A stretch of DNA of 64,000 nucleotides, taken from contig OZ244650.1 of assembly GCA_965218785.1 (NCBI GenBank), positions 192,001 to 256,000 on the forward strand, written 5' to 3'. Below, in pieces: positions 49,947 through 59,519 of this stretch; position 1 is the first letter of the stretch; every line of letters starts with the position of its first letter. The DNA is from Nitrosopumilus sp. GTDB taxonomy: Archaea; Thermoproteota; Nitrososphaeria; Nitrososphaerales; Nitrosopumilaceae. The translations under genes and the position numbers were made by a program. Below the pieces are notes generated by a model. That model had not been told where the DNA came from. It saw only the letters and a program-made list of their open reading frames with translations, and made no database searches.

Positions 49947-50920
49947 CTCTGAGAAAAAAGGCAGAGGGAATCTACGTTGATGATTCTGGTGTGGATGTCT
50001 TAGCTAGAATCGATGCTTTGATCTTTGATTGTGACGGCGTCCTAATTGACATTACAAAATCATATGATTTTGCAATCATCAAGACGGCACAGCACATTTT
50101 GGAGAATCTTGCAAAAATAGATGATGCCATCAGTATTAATTTTAAAATTATCGAAGGATTCAAATCCACCGGCGGATTCAATGACGAGGTTGATCTCACA
50201 TATGCTGCGGTATTATCATTGATTGCCGCAAAAAAACTAAAAGCAGATCAGACCAGCTTTGTCTTTGATGTTATAAAAAATGCAGATTCCACCGGCATCT
50301 CATCTGTGGAGAAGTACATTAACAGTCTGGTTGACATATCTGATATGACAAACCAGCTGTCATACCCTGGCAGCCGTGATCAAAGCCTGTTGCGTCGCAC
50401 ATTTGATCAGCTTTTTTACGGACCGCAACTATATCAAAAATTATTTGGAAACACATCGCCGTTTTCTGAACCCGGTCTGATTGAACAGGACAAAGTAATT
50501 CTTGATTCCCCGCTAATGAATATACTGCAAAAAAAATTCCACCAAAAAATTGCAATGGTTACAGGCAGGAGCAAAAAATCTGTGGAATACTCATTAAAGT
50601 CACTGCTGGAGAAATTTGATATAAGAAATTCCGTGTTCTTGGAGGATGAGCCAAGGAGTCTTGCAAAACCCAATCCTTTACCACTACTAAATACCATCAG
50701 GAGAATCAGCAGCAGATCCAGTCTGTATATCGGGGATTCCATGGAAGATCTTTTGATGGTAAACAGAGCCTCTGAGCTAACAGACCAAAAACCCGTTTTT
50801 TGTGGAATCATCGGTACTAGCAAAAACCCGCAGGAAAAACTCGAATTATTTGAGCAAAACGGGGCAGTTTTGGTATTAGACTCGATTCACCTGCTCCCAA
50901 AAGTATTAAATTTAAAATAA
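49943..50920 (+). CDS. HAD-superfamily hydrolase, probable histidinol-phosphate phosphatase
   Basis: FDCDGVLID, VTGR, KPNP, IGDSMED; lies between hisC and hisB. Confidence 0.8.
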   Translation: MTLRKKAEGIYVDDSGVDVLARIDALIFDCDGVLIDITKSYDFAIIKTAQHILENLAKIDDAISINFKIIEGFKSTGGFNDEVDLTYAAVLSLIAAKKLKADQTSFVFDVIKNADSTGISSVEKYINSLVDISDMTNQLSYPGSRDQSLLRRTFDQLFYGPQLYQKLFGNTSPFSEPGLIEQDKVILDSPLMNILQKKFHQKIAMVTGRSKKSVEYSLKSLLEKFDIRNSVFLEDEPRSLAKPNPLPLLNTIRRISSRSSLYIGDSMEDLLMVNRASELTDQKPVFCGIIGTSKNPQEKLELFEQNGAVLVLDSIHLLPKVLNLK

Positions 50921-50945
50921 AGCAGAAAACACAATACGTGAGAGC

Positions 50946-51533
50946 ATGACACCGCGAAAGGCCACAATCAAACGAGATACCAAGGAGACTAGGGTCGAGG
51001 TATCAGTTGACATGGACGGATCCGGAATAACCAGCATCAAAACCGGCATTAACTTTCTTGATCACCTGATAGTTTCTTTTGGAAAACACGGCATGATGAA
51101 CCTGACAGTTACTGCAAAATCCCACGATAAAATCCAGCATCACCTCGTTGAGGATACTGCAATTACAATCGGACAGACCATCAACAAGGCGTTAGGTACC
51201 AGAAACGGCGTAAGACGATTCGGTTATGCGTCTGTTCCAATGGATGAATCCCTTGCAGAGGCATCAATTGATCTAGTAAAGCGCCCGTTCTCAAAGCTGA
51301 GTTTGTCAATCAAACAAAGTAAAATTGAAGACGTATCCGGAGAGGATCTCGAACATTTTTTCCAGTCATTACTACACAACATGAACAGCTGCATCCACCT
51401 TGCCGTAAGATATGGTGATAATGACCACCACAAAGCAGAAGCTGCCATAAAATCACTTGCAGTCGCATTCAGGGATGCTGTCACCATGGATAAGAAACAG
51501 AAAGGTGTTCCATCCACAAAGGGTACGATGTAA
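50946..51533 (+). CDS. hisB: Imidazoleglycerol-phosphate dehydratase
   Basis: RDTKET, FLDH, HHLVED, PMDES, NDHHKAEA, PSTKG. Confidence 0.96.
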   Translation: MTPRKATIKRDTKETRVEVSVDMDGSGITSIKTGINFLDHLIVSFGKHGMMNLTVTAKSHDKIQHHLVEDTAITIGQTINKALGTRNGVRRFGYASVPMDESLAEASIDLVKRPFSKLSLSIKQSKIEDVSGEDLEHFFQSLLHNMNSCIHLAVRYGDNDHHKAEAAIKSLAVAFRDAVTMDKKQKGVPSTKGTM

Positions 51534-52138
51534 TGACCGGTGTCGCAATCTTTGATTATGGTGCGGGAAACATCTTTAGTCTGAAAAACTCCCTTGAAAG
51601 AGTTGGAGCATCAGTTGATGTGATAACTGATTTTGACGGACCTGACACCTACTCCGGTCTGCTGCTTCCCGGCGTGGGAAACTTTGATCCTGCCATGCAC
51701 AGCATCAGGAATTTATCCAAGACACAGTTTCCAGACTATGTCCGGGAGATGCCCGTACTTGGAATCTGTCTGGGAATGGAGATGTTTTTTGAGAAAAGCG
51801 AGGAGGGAAAAGAGTTGGGACTCGATGTAATTGATGGAAAGATAATCGTACTTCCGTCTTTAATGAAGGTGCCGCACATGGGATGGAATGATCTTCAAAT
51901 AAAAAAACCCGGAAAAATCCTTGACGGTATTGATGACGGCGCATGGGTTTATTTTGTCCATTCATATATGGCAGAGCCCGTCTCTGATGACGTGGTTACC
52001 GCCGAATCTGACTACGGCATCAAGGTGCCTGCCGTTATAGAGCACAAGAACTTTTTTGGAACACAGTTTCATCCCGAGAAATCCGGCAGTGTCGGCAGGA
52101 CCATGATCAGCAATTTTCTCAAAGAGTGTAGGAAATGA
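51533..52138 (+). CDS. hisH: Imidazole glycerol phosphate synthase, glutaminase subunit
   Basis: DYGAGN, LPGVG, GICLG, PHMGWN, YFVHSY, QFHPEKS. Confidence 0.96.
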   Translation: MTGVAIFDYGAGNIFSLKNSLERVGASVDVITDFDGPDTYSGLLLPGVGNFDPAMHSIRNLSKTQFPDYVREMPVLGICLGMEMFFEKSEEGKELGLDVIDGKIIVLPSLMKVPHMGWNDLQIKKPGKILDGIDDGAWVYFVHSYMAEPVSDDVVTAESDYGIKVPAVIEHKNFFGTQFHPEKSGSVGRTMISNFLKECRK

Positions 52139-52842
52139 AGATAATTCCCGCAATTGATCTGATGGACGGGCAGGTAGTCAGACTGTACAGGGGTGATCCC
52201 GCCCAAAAAACCGTGTATAGTAACGACCCTATTGATATTGCAAAAAGATGGGAATCAGACGGGGCAGACATGCTGCACCTGGTGGATCTAGATGCGACAC
52301 TTGGGCGCGGCTCGAATCTGGGAATGATTAAAAAAATACTTGATTCAACTGTAATTCCAGTCGAGGTTGCAGGAGGAATACGCAGTAGAACGCTGGCAGC
52401 AGACATGGCACAAATCTCTGAGAGAATCGTTTTGGGGACACTGGCATTTACTGAGAAACCCCTGTTACAGAAATTACTAGACGAATTTGGATCATCGAAG
52501 ATCGTAATTTCAGTTGATCACAGGGACGGCCAGATAACGATTAACGGCTGGCAGAAAGACACCGACATACGGTTACTTGATGCCATGACTGACTTTGTTG
52601 ATATGGGATTTACAGAGTTTTTACTGACAAACGTCAGCCGTGACGGCACACTTGACGGGCCTGATCTGGAATTTCTGGAGAAATCATGTTGCATATCCAG
52701 AGCAAACGTGATTGCAAGCGGCGGGATCTCCGGCATACACGATATCATACAGGTAAAAGAAAAAAATCCGTTTGGAGTAATACTGGGAAAGGCGCTATAC
52801 GAGGATAAAATCTCAATTAAGGAGGCAAAAAAGGCGGCATGA
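52135..52842 (+). CDS. hisA: ProFAR isomerase
   Basis: IIPAIDLMDGQVVRL, HLVDLD, GGIR, RDGTLDG, ASGG. Confidence 0.96.
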   Translation: MKIIPAIDLMDGQVVRLYRGDPAQKTVYSNDPIDIAKRWESDGADMLHLVDLDATLGRGSNLGMIKKILDSTVIPVEVAGGIRSRTLAADMAQISERIVLGTLAFTEKPLLQKLLDEFGSSKIVISVDHRDGQITINGWQKDTDIRLLDAMTDFVDMGFTEFLLTNVSRDGTLDGPDLEFLEKSCCISRANVIASGGISGIHDIIQVKEKNPFGVILGKALYEDKISIKEAKKAA

Positions 52843-53642
52843 CACTAACAAAGAGGGTGATCCCGTGTCTTGATGTCAAAGACGGGCGGGTTGTAAAAGG
52901 ACTGCACTTTGAATCCATCCGGGATGCAGGTGACCCCGTGGAACTGGCTGAAAAATACAGCAGGGAGGGCGCCGATGAACTAGTCTTTTTGGATATTACC
53001 GCATCTGTACAGCAAAGAAAGACCATCGGGGATCTGGTTCGAAGAGTCGCATCAGTAATTGACATTCCGTTTACCGTGGGCGGGGGAGTCAAATCCCTGG
53101 AGGATGCAAGAAACATTCTTTTACATGGTGCAGACAAAGTCGGAATCAACACTGCGGCAACAAGGAATCCTTTCATCATCACAGAACTAATGAACCAGTT
53201 TGGACGCCAGTGTGTTGTAGTCGCAGTTGATGCAAAAAGAAACTATAATCTAAAAGATAATGTGACATTGTTCTCAAAAGACGGGAAGGATTTCTGGTTT
53301 GAGGTATTTATTTACGGCGGCAAGCAACCAACCGGACTTGATGCCATCACCTGGGTCAGGACCGCGCAGAAACTTGGCGCCGGCGAGATTCTTCTTACCA
53401 GCATTGACCGGGATGGAACCAATGACGGCTATGACATACAACTTACAAAATCCGTTGTTGATTCCGTATCCATTCCCGTGATTGCCTCTGGAGGATGTGG
53501 AAAACCAGAAGATATGGCGGCAGTCTTTGAGAAGACCGACGTCGATGCCGCCCTTGCCGCATCCATCTTTCACTATCAAAGACACGGCGTACATGGCGTC
53601 AAGACATACCTTGCCGCAAAAAACATTCCTGTAAGGTTATAA
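52839..53642 (+). CDS. hisF: Imidazole glycerol phosphate synthase, cyclase subunit
   Basis: KRVIPCLDV, GADELVFLDITAS, GAGEILLTSIDRDG, ASGGCG. Confidence 0.97.
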   Translation: MTLTKRVIPCLDVKDGRVVKGLHFESIRDAGDPVELAEKYSREGADELVFLDITASVQQRKTIGDLVRRVASVIDIPFTVGGGVKSLEDARNILLHGADKVGINTAATRNPFIITELMNQFGRQCVVVAVDAKRNYNLKDNVTLFSKDGKDFWFEVFIYGGKQPTGLDAITWVRTAQKLGAGEILLTSIDRDGTNDGYDIQLTKSVVDSVSIPVIASGGCGKPEDMAAVFEKTDVDAALAASIFHYQRHGVHGVKTYLAAKNIPVRL

Positions 53643-53664
53643 GACCTGTATACAGTCCGAATAC

Positions 53665-53985
53665 ATGGAAATCAATGATATAGATTTTGAGAAAGGCGGG
53701 GGTCTTGTCCCCGTGATTGTTCAGGATGCCGATACCAAGGACGTCCTGACACTGGCTTACTCCAATCGGGAATCGCTGGAACTTGCAAAAAAGACCGGCA
53801 ACTCTTGGTTTTGGAGCCGTTCAAGAAACAAACTCTGGATGAAGGGCGAAGAGTCTGGAAACACACAGAAGATCAAGGAGATCCTAGTTGACTGTGACTC
53901 TGATGCGGTAATCTATCTTGTCAAACCTTCTGGTCCTGCATGTCACCTGGGAGAACGGGTCTGTTTTCACAATACACTGGACTAG
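53665..53985 (+). CDS. hisI: Phosphoribosyl-AMP cyclohydrolase
   Basis: SRSR, WMKGEESG, DCDSD, ACHLGERVCF; no HisE domain. Confidence 0.95.
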   Translation: MEINDIDFEKGGGLVPVIVQDADTKDVLTLAYSNRESLELAKKTGNSWFWSRSRNKLWMKGEESGNTQKIKEILVDCDSDAVIYLVKPSGPACHLGERVCFHNTLD

Positions 53986-54569
53986 CACACGGGTTCATAA
54001 TATTCTTCATCGCCTGGCAGAATGTCCCCTGTTATCTTAAATTCCAGATTTGGATACTCTGTTCCCCTAAACACGACCCTCCAGTCCCCGACAAGGTCAT
54101 CGACTGTGCAGTACCCGTTGATTTTTGATAGACCGGGTTGAAAATATTGGTTAAATGTTGGTTTTTCCAAACCGTCAAACGCGATTGTACGATATACAGA
54201 ATAATGTGTGTCATTTAACGGTCTTAGAAACGCAATCTGTCCCTTTTCATCCGGACCTAGTATGCCGACTCTCACGAAGATCTTCTCCCCTATTATGTAC
54301 TCACTGCGGTCAATCTGAAAGGGTCCTGAGGTAATCCACTCTTGTGGTTTGGGCTTGTATTTGTTCTCTGAGACTTGTCTCTCAATTCTCTCATACTTTT
54401 CTTGAATTGCCCGGGCAGTTGCATTATCAACAGGGTCTACCTGTGGATTTACCGTACCGCCCACTGTAATATTCTCCTTATCTTCTTCTGGTTCTACCGT
54501 CATTACTACTAGTAAAATAACTACTACAACTACAACTCCGGCAATCCCTGCAATCTGACCCGTCTTCAT
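53982..54569 (-). CDS. Membrane-anchored hypothetical protein
   Basis: N-terminal TM; WITSGPFQIDRSEYIIGEKIF; GDWRVVFRGT. Confidence 0.8.
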   Translation of the reverse strand: MKTGQIAGIAGVVVVVVILLVVMTVEPEEDKENITVGGTVNPQVDPVDNATARAIQEKYERIERQVSENKYKPKPQEWITSGPFQIDRSEYIIGEKIFVRVGILGPDEKGQIAFLRPLNDTHYSVYRTIAFDGLEKPTFNQYFQPGLSKINGYCTVDDLVGDWRVVFRGTEYPNLEFKITGDILPGDEEYYEPVC

Positions 54570-54771
54570 GTGATATCTGTTTTAAAAATTCGCTAAAAAC
54601 CTTACTCATGATGGTTCTATCACGCCTACGGCTGATATTCTACGTAAATTCAGTTGGCGTTATTTTGGGCAGTATGGAGTTGTAAAAAAGATCAGAGTAC
54701 TGAGAATCAGCATTCCTTACCATTTAACTCAAGCAAATTATAATGTAATTTTTAAGACATTAAAAGAAGAA

Positions 54772-55158
54772 TCATGGAATTGTAATACGTGCCTTCTTAG
54801 ATGGACCGTTTAAATCTAAAATACATTTTTGTAATACCCACATACCCATGACTGGAAATCCATCTAAAAATAATGCGGGTATTATTAATTTGGGATTTAA
54901 TATTTTATCATGCATTTCTAAAATATTCGTATTTGAAATTGTATCTACTGACACCCGGCGACCATCTGCAAGTTTTACACTTCCCGTACCTGTAAAACTT
55001 GCAAATTCTTTGTATTCTAGGGGTAATTTCAAACCAAACCCTGTCTCTGTGACAAATTCGGTATCTACCAATACCTGCAATTCTTTTTCTGTACCATGAA
55101 TGTTGATTTTAATTTTGACAATGCAGTTCCCGTCATAAGGTAAATCTAAAGTTATCAT
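54772..55158 (-). CDS. Clan AA (retropepsin-like) aspartic protease homologue
   Basis: VLVDTEF (DTG variant), VKLADG flap, PVMGMWVL. Confidence 0.7.
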   Translation of the reverse strand: MITLDLPYDGNCIVKIKINIHGTEKELQVLVDTEFVTETGFGLKLPLEYKEFASFTGTGSVKLADGRRVSVDTISNTNILEMHDKILNPKLIIPALFLDGFPVMGMWVLQKCILDLNGPSKKARITIP

Positions 55159-55166
55159 TTCAAAAA

Positions 55167-55697
55167 TTAAAGTTTTACGATTTCTTTGAATCCTATCTTT
55201 TCAATATAATAATCCTCAGAGATGTTTTTAGGTGCTAAATCTTCGTTTAGATTTTTTAGTGAATCCTTGATTGAAAGTATATTTCCAGTCAAAGTTATCG
55301 CAATATATTTTCCATAGTTTTCTTTTAAAAACTTTTTAGATAGCCTACTGACAATCGCTTTACTTATTATTACTTTTTTATCTGAATCGGAAAGATTTTC
55401 AATTGTTGATGATTCGTTCGGGATTTGTTGTTTTTGTAATAATTCTTCAAAACAATTTTGTATCAGTGCTTCAAAAAATGGATAATTTTGAGTGAGATTT
55501 TTTTTCATTTTATTATCTAAATTTCCTAATTCTGTAATTTTTTTATCAAAAAATCGTTTATTTTTAATTATCATATTCATCTTTTCTCTCAAGTGTTTAT
55601 TTTCAATCATTAAATGCACAAGTATATTTTCATCTGGTTTCATCTCTAAAAGTTCTTCCGTGTCTTTTTGTATTTTAACTTCTTCCTCAAATTCCAT
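55167..55697 (-). CDS. Coiled-coil protein with C-terminal DUF5678-like domain
   Basis: NYGKYIAITLTGNILSIKDSLKNL..YYIEKIG. Confidence 0.6.
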   Translation of the reverse strand: MEFEEEVKIQKDTEELLEMKPDENILVHLMIENKHLREKMNMIIKNKRFFDKKITELGNLDNKMKKNLTQNYPFFEALIQNCFEELLQKQQIPNESSTIENLSDSDKKVIISKAIVSRLSKKFLKENYGKYIAITLTGNILSIKDSLKNLNEDLAPKNISEDYYIEKIGFKEIVKL

Positions 55698-56017
55698 TAT
55701 TCATCATCTTCATAATATCGTCGGAGCACTTTATTACGAGTATTATTCAAACCAAAATCCATGTTATCAAATTTTATGCTAACTGATTTTAAATCCCGTA
55801 ATCGATTATACAATTCTTCCTTGCTTTGTGTTTGATATGCATCCTTAACTCCATGAAGTTGTTCTACATCTTTGACTTCTAGCATACTGCATGTATTTGT
55901 TAAATTGAAAAATATTTTTCTTGTTTTATTAAACCGACCCAATTCTGTATATTTAATTGCATTTTCAAGTGATTCATTTAGTATAATTTTAATATCTTTC
56001 ATAACTGGATTATACAA
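55697..56017 (-). CDS. Hypothetical protein
   Basis: 106-aa ORF whose TAA overlaps the next ATG; start uncertain. Confidence 0.55.
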   Translation of the reverse strand: MYNPVMKDIKIILNESLENAIKYTELGRFNKTRKIFFNLTNTCSMLEVKDVEQLHGVKDAYQTQSKEELYNRLRDLKSVSIKFDNMDFGLNNTRNKVLRRYYEDDE

Positions 56018-56399
56018 TGGATCTATTTTAGAGTTTATGTGTAATCGATTCTAGACTAACATATTCCGAATATATAAACCGACATCAATCACATATTGAT
56101 GCCCCACATACAAAAATGAAAATTTATACAAAGTTTTCTGATTTTTTTACAGTTTTAGAATATCATGCACAAAATAACAGCACGGATGTGCAGGTTTTAA
56201 AAATCTTCAAGATGATTCAGTAATCCCTTGTTACGATACATGAGGTAAAAGTTTTCCATTCCCGTAATTATCTGTAGATCCATGTTAAACTGTTCTGGTG
56301 TATCATCATACTACTGACAAGCTACTGTTGCGGTCTTGCTCGTACAAGTATCAGACCGTCCATTTGGTCACAACATGTATCCGTGTTTCTTTTTCTTGG

Positions 56400-56640
56400 C
56401 AGAGTAACTATCCCTCCTAAAGATGGAAGGGTTGGTACCACATGAATGTTGTAAAATGTATTGAATGTAACAAAGAAATTATTCATGAGGAACTCGAATC
56501 TCACGAATGCAGATCTTAAGGAATACAAGATTTTGATTACACGCTAAATGATGAAAAATATGATAATTCTCTTAAACTCTAGGACAACTGATCATTTACA
56601 TCAAGAAAACAACCGCAGGTTGGAGAAACCCTCATGATGA
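56400..56640 (+). pseudogene. Remnant of a small zinc-binding protein gene
   Basis: GWYHMNVVKCIECNKEIIHEELESHECRS* (CxxC..HxC) with broken flanking frames. Confidence 0.4.
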
Positions 56641-56792
56641 AAATCGGCAATCTATCTCTATTTTTTTTATTTCCTGTTCCACCTTTTTCCCACACACACC
56701 GATTTTTATTATATTTTTCAAGCATTAAAATTAAGTAATACTTAACTTGATATTAGGATTTTTTATGTATAATATAAGAGGAGAAACTGATC

Positions 56793-58012
56793 TTGGCTAG
56801 AACATCACTGGAATGCAGGGAATGTAAGAGACAGTATGACTCTACTTTCAGGTATGTATGTGATGACTGTTTTGGTCCGCTAGATGTAAGGTATGACCAT
56901 GATCGTATCACAATCTCCAAGGATACGTTTGCAGGCCGTGATCAAACGTACTGGCGATATTTTGAACTGCTTCCAATAGAGGAGAAATCAAACATTGTAA
57001 GTATTGGTGCCGGAATGACCCCGTTGATTGCCGCAGACAAACTTGGGGAAAGACTGGGATTAAAGAACCTCTACATCAAAAATGATTCTGTAAATCCGAC
57101 CTTTTCATTCAAGGACAGGCCTGCAGGCGTTGCAGTATCAAAGGCAAAAGAGTTCGGACTCTCCGCTGTAGGCTGTGCATCCACGGGAAACCTGGCATCA
57201 GCTACTGCGGCACATGCTGCCAAGGGGGATTTCCATGCCATGTGTTTGCACCAAGCAACATTGAGATGGCAAAAATAGTACAGGCACTCTCGTATGGGGC
57301 AAACTACATTGCAGTGGATGGAACATATGATGACGCAAACAGGATTGCCGCACGGATCGGTGACAGCAAGGGAATTGGAATTGTAAATATCAACATGCGC
57401 TCCCACTATATAGAGGGCTCAAAAACTCTGGCCTTTGAAGTCGCAGAGCAGCTTGACTGGCAGGTGCCAGACCAGTTGATCGTCCCCGTTGGAAGCGGCG
57501 CAATGCTAAATGCGATCTGCAAGGGATTCGAGGAGTTACAGGGTGTTTCACTGCTCGATGACGTCTCTGGGATGCACATGATCGCAGCACAGCCCCACGG
57601 GTGTGCGCCGATAGTTGATGCATTTAAGGGCGGCAGCAGCGAGGTGGTTCCAGTAGAGCATCCTGATACGGTGGCAAAGAGCCTGGCCATCGGTGATCCC
57701 GGTGATGGCAGATACGTCTTAAAACGATTACAGCAGTATAACGGCTTTGCCGAAGAAGTCAGCAACAGGGAAATCCTGGATGCAATAATACTTCTTGCAA
57801 AAACAGAAGGCATATTCACCGAGCCTGCCGGGGGTGTCTCAGTTGCCGTTTTACAAAAAATGGTAGAGCAGGGAAAAATAAATGCAGATGACAAGGTGGT
57901 GTGTTACGTCACTGGAAACGGTCTAAAGGCGACTGAATCTGTAATGGAGATTCTGCAAAAGCCGCGGGTAATGAAGGCAGAGATTGAAGAAATTTCGGCG
58001 GTTGTAAACTAG
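56793..58012 (+). pseudogene. thrC: Threonine synthase-like PLP enzyme split by a single-base frameshift (may be a sequencing error)
   Basis: NPTFSFKDR and ASTGN in ORF1; EGSKT, PVGSG, EPAGG, TGNGLK in ORF2; one extra G in the G5 run at 57224-57228 restores AAKGGFPCHVFAP. Confidence 0.85.
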
Positions 58013-59347
58013 TTGGCAGGCATTACATTTACGATACCTTCGGTATTGAACCAGGGCGGCGGGGAAAAAAAGACAGAGCTCGTCGCTGATTCACTGACTG
58101 AGGCGTTTGCAGAAATCTCCAAACTCATGGGTGATGATTTTAAGCGCAAAGTGCTGGAAGGTGACGGCATCACCCCGCGTTCATTAATTAACATCTACAT
58201 TAACGGCAAGAACGCAAAATTTTCAGACGGCATGCAGACTGTTCTAAAGGACGGCGATGAGATCTACATCCTGCCTGCAGTTGCAGGCGGCTCTGAGGAA
58301 CTCTCTCCTGTGGAACTTGATAGATATTCCAGACAGGTGATGCTCGAGGAGATCGGATACAACGGACAGCTCAAGCTAAGAAATTCCAGGATATGTGTTG
58401 TCGGGTGCGGCGGTCTTGGCAATCCGATTATAACGCGGCTTGCCGCGATGGGTGTCGGCACACTGCGCATTGTTGACAGGGATGTAATCGAACTATCAAA
58501 CCTGCACAGACAGACCATGTTCAATCAGGATGACGTGGGACAGGTAAAGGTGGAGGTTGCCGCAAAAAAACTGCGCGAGCTGAATCCGGACTGTAGCATT
58601 GAAGCACTGGCAGTATCTGTAAATGATTATACGGCACTTGCAGTAGTGGAGGGCTGTGATGTAATAATTGACGCACTTGACAGTGTCAACGCAAGATATG
58701 CGCTAAACAAGGCATGTGTCAGATTTAACATCCCGTTTGTAACGGGTGCCGCAGTCGGCGTATCAGGACAGGCATTTACGGTCCTGCCAGGGGAGACGGC
58801 ATGTTACCACTGCATGTTTCCATCGTTAGATGAGGATGTAATGCCGACATGCAGCATTGAGGGCGTTCATCCGTCAATACTTTCCATAGTCGGGGGGATT
58901 GAGGTTGCAGAAGCCGTGAAAATAATTCTTGGAAAAACCCCGAGTCTTTGCCGGCGGATACTTCACATTGATTTGGAGCATCTCGACTTTGATAGTACCC
59001 GGACATTCAAGGCAGAGCAGTGCCCCGTCTGTGGAACGGGAAAACCAGACGTCGTGGAAAAAAAAGAGCTGATTCTAGAGGAGTTGTGCGGACGCAATGG
59101 AGGAAGGCGGACTTTTTCCATTACTCCTACTGCTACATTTGATCTTGATGTACACAGCATTACTGCAACTGCAAAAGTATGCGGATTCACTGTAGAGAAC
59201 CTGGGTAATCTGGGACTCTCAATGCGGACAGATGACCTTTCTGTGAGTTTCATGAAAAGGGGCTCTGCTGTAGTTGTGGGGTCTAGAGACGAGACTGATG
59301 CAGTTGCGTTATACAAGAGACTGCTTGGAATAAAGTCCAAGGTATGA
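58013..59347 (+). CDS. Ubiquitin-like SAMP/MoaD domain fused to ThiF/MoeB (E1-like) adenylyltransferase
   Basis: INIYING..LKDGDEIYILPAVAGG, then RYSRQ, GCGGLG, DRDVIELSNLHRQ, CYHC, CPVC. Confidence 0.92.
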   Translation: MAGITFTIPSVLNQGGGEKKTELVADSLTEAFAEISKLMGDDFKRKVLEGDGITPRSLINIYINGKNAKFSDGMQTVLKDGDEIYILPAVAGGSEELSPVELDRYSRQVMLEEIGYNGQLKLRNSRICVVGCGGLGNPIITRLAAMGVGTLRIVDRDVIELSNLHRQTMFNQDDVGQVKVEVAAKKLRELNPDCSIEALAVSVNDYTALAVVEGCDVIIDALDSVNARYALNKACVRFNIPFVTGAAVGVSGQAFTVLPGETACYHCMFPSLDEDVMPTCSIEGVHPSILSIVGGIEVAEAVKIILGKTPSLCRRILHIDLEHLDFDSTRTFKAEQCPVCGTGKPDVVEKKELILEELCGRNGGRRTFSITPTATFDLDVHSITATAKVCGFTVENLGNLGLSMRTDDLSVSFMKRGSAVVVGSRDETDAVALYKRLLGIKSKV

Positions 59348-59463
59348 CAGTTATATTTCATAAATTATGAATAGAATATAGATCTGCTATATCCGGTTTA
59401 TAATTCAATCAAACTCAAATATGATGGAATCATCATATAATAATGATAAAGATCGCATAATGA

Positions 59464-59491
59464 TGGACAAGTTGTCCACTAGCCTTATATA
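59464..59491 (+). promoter_or_regulatory. Inverted repeat plus TATA box upstream of the S-layer gene
   Basis: TGGACAA-G-TTGTCCA (59464-59478) followed by CTTATATA (59484-59491), about 29 nt before the ATG. Confidence 0.55.
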
Positions 59492-59519
59492 CTAATTTTA
59501 AAGAAAAAACTACAATAAC

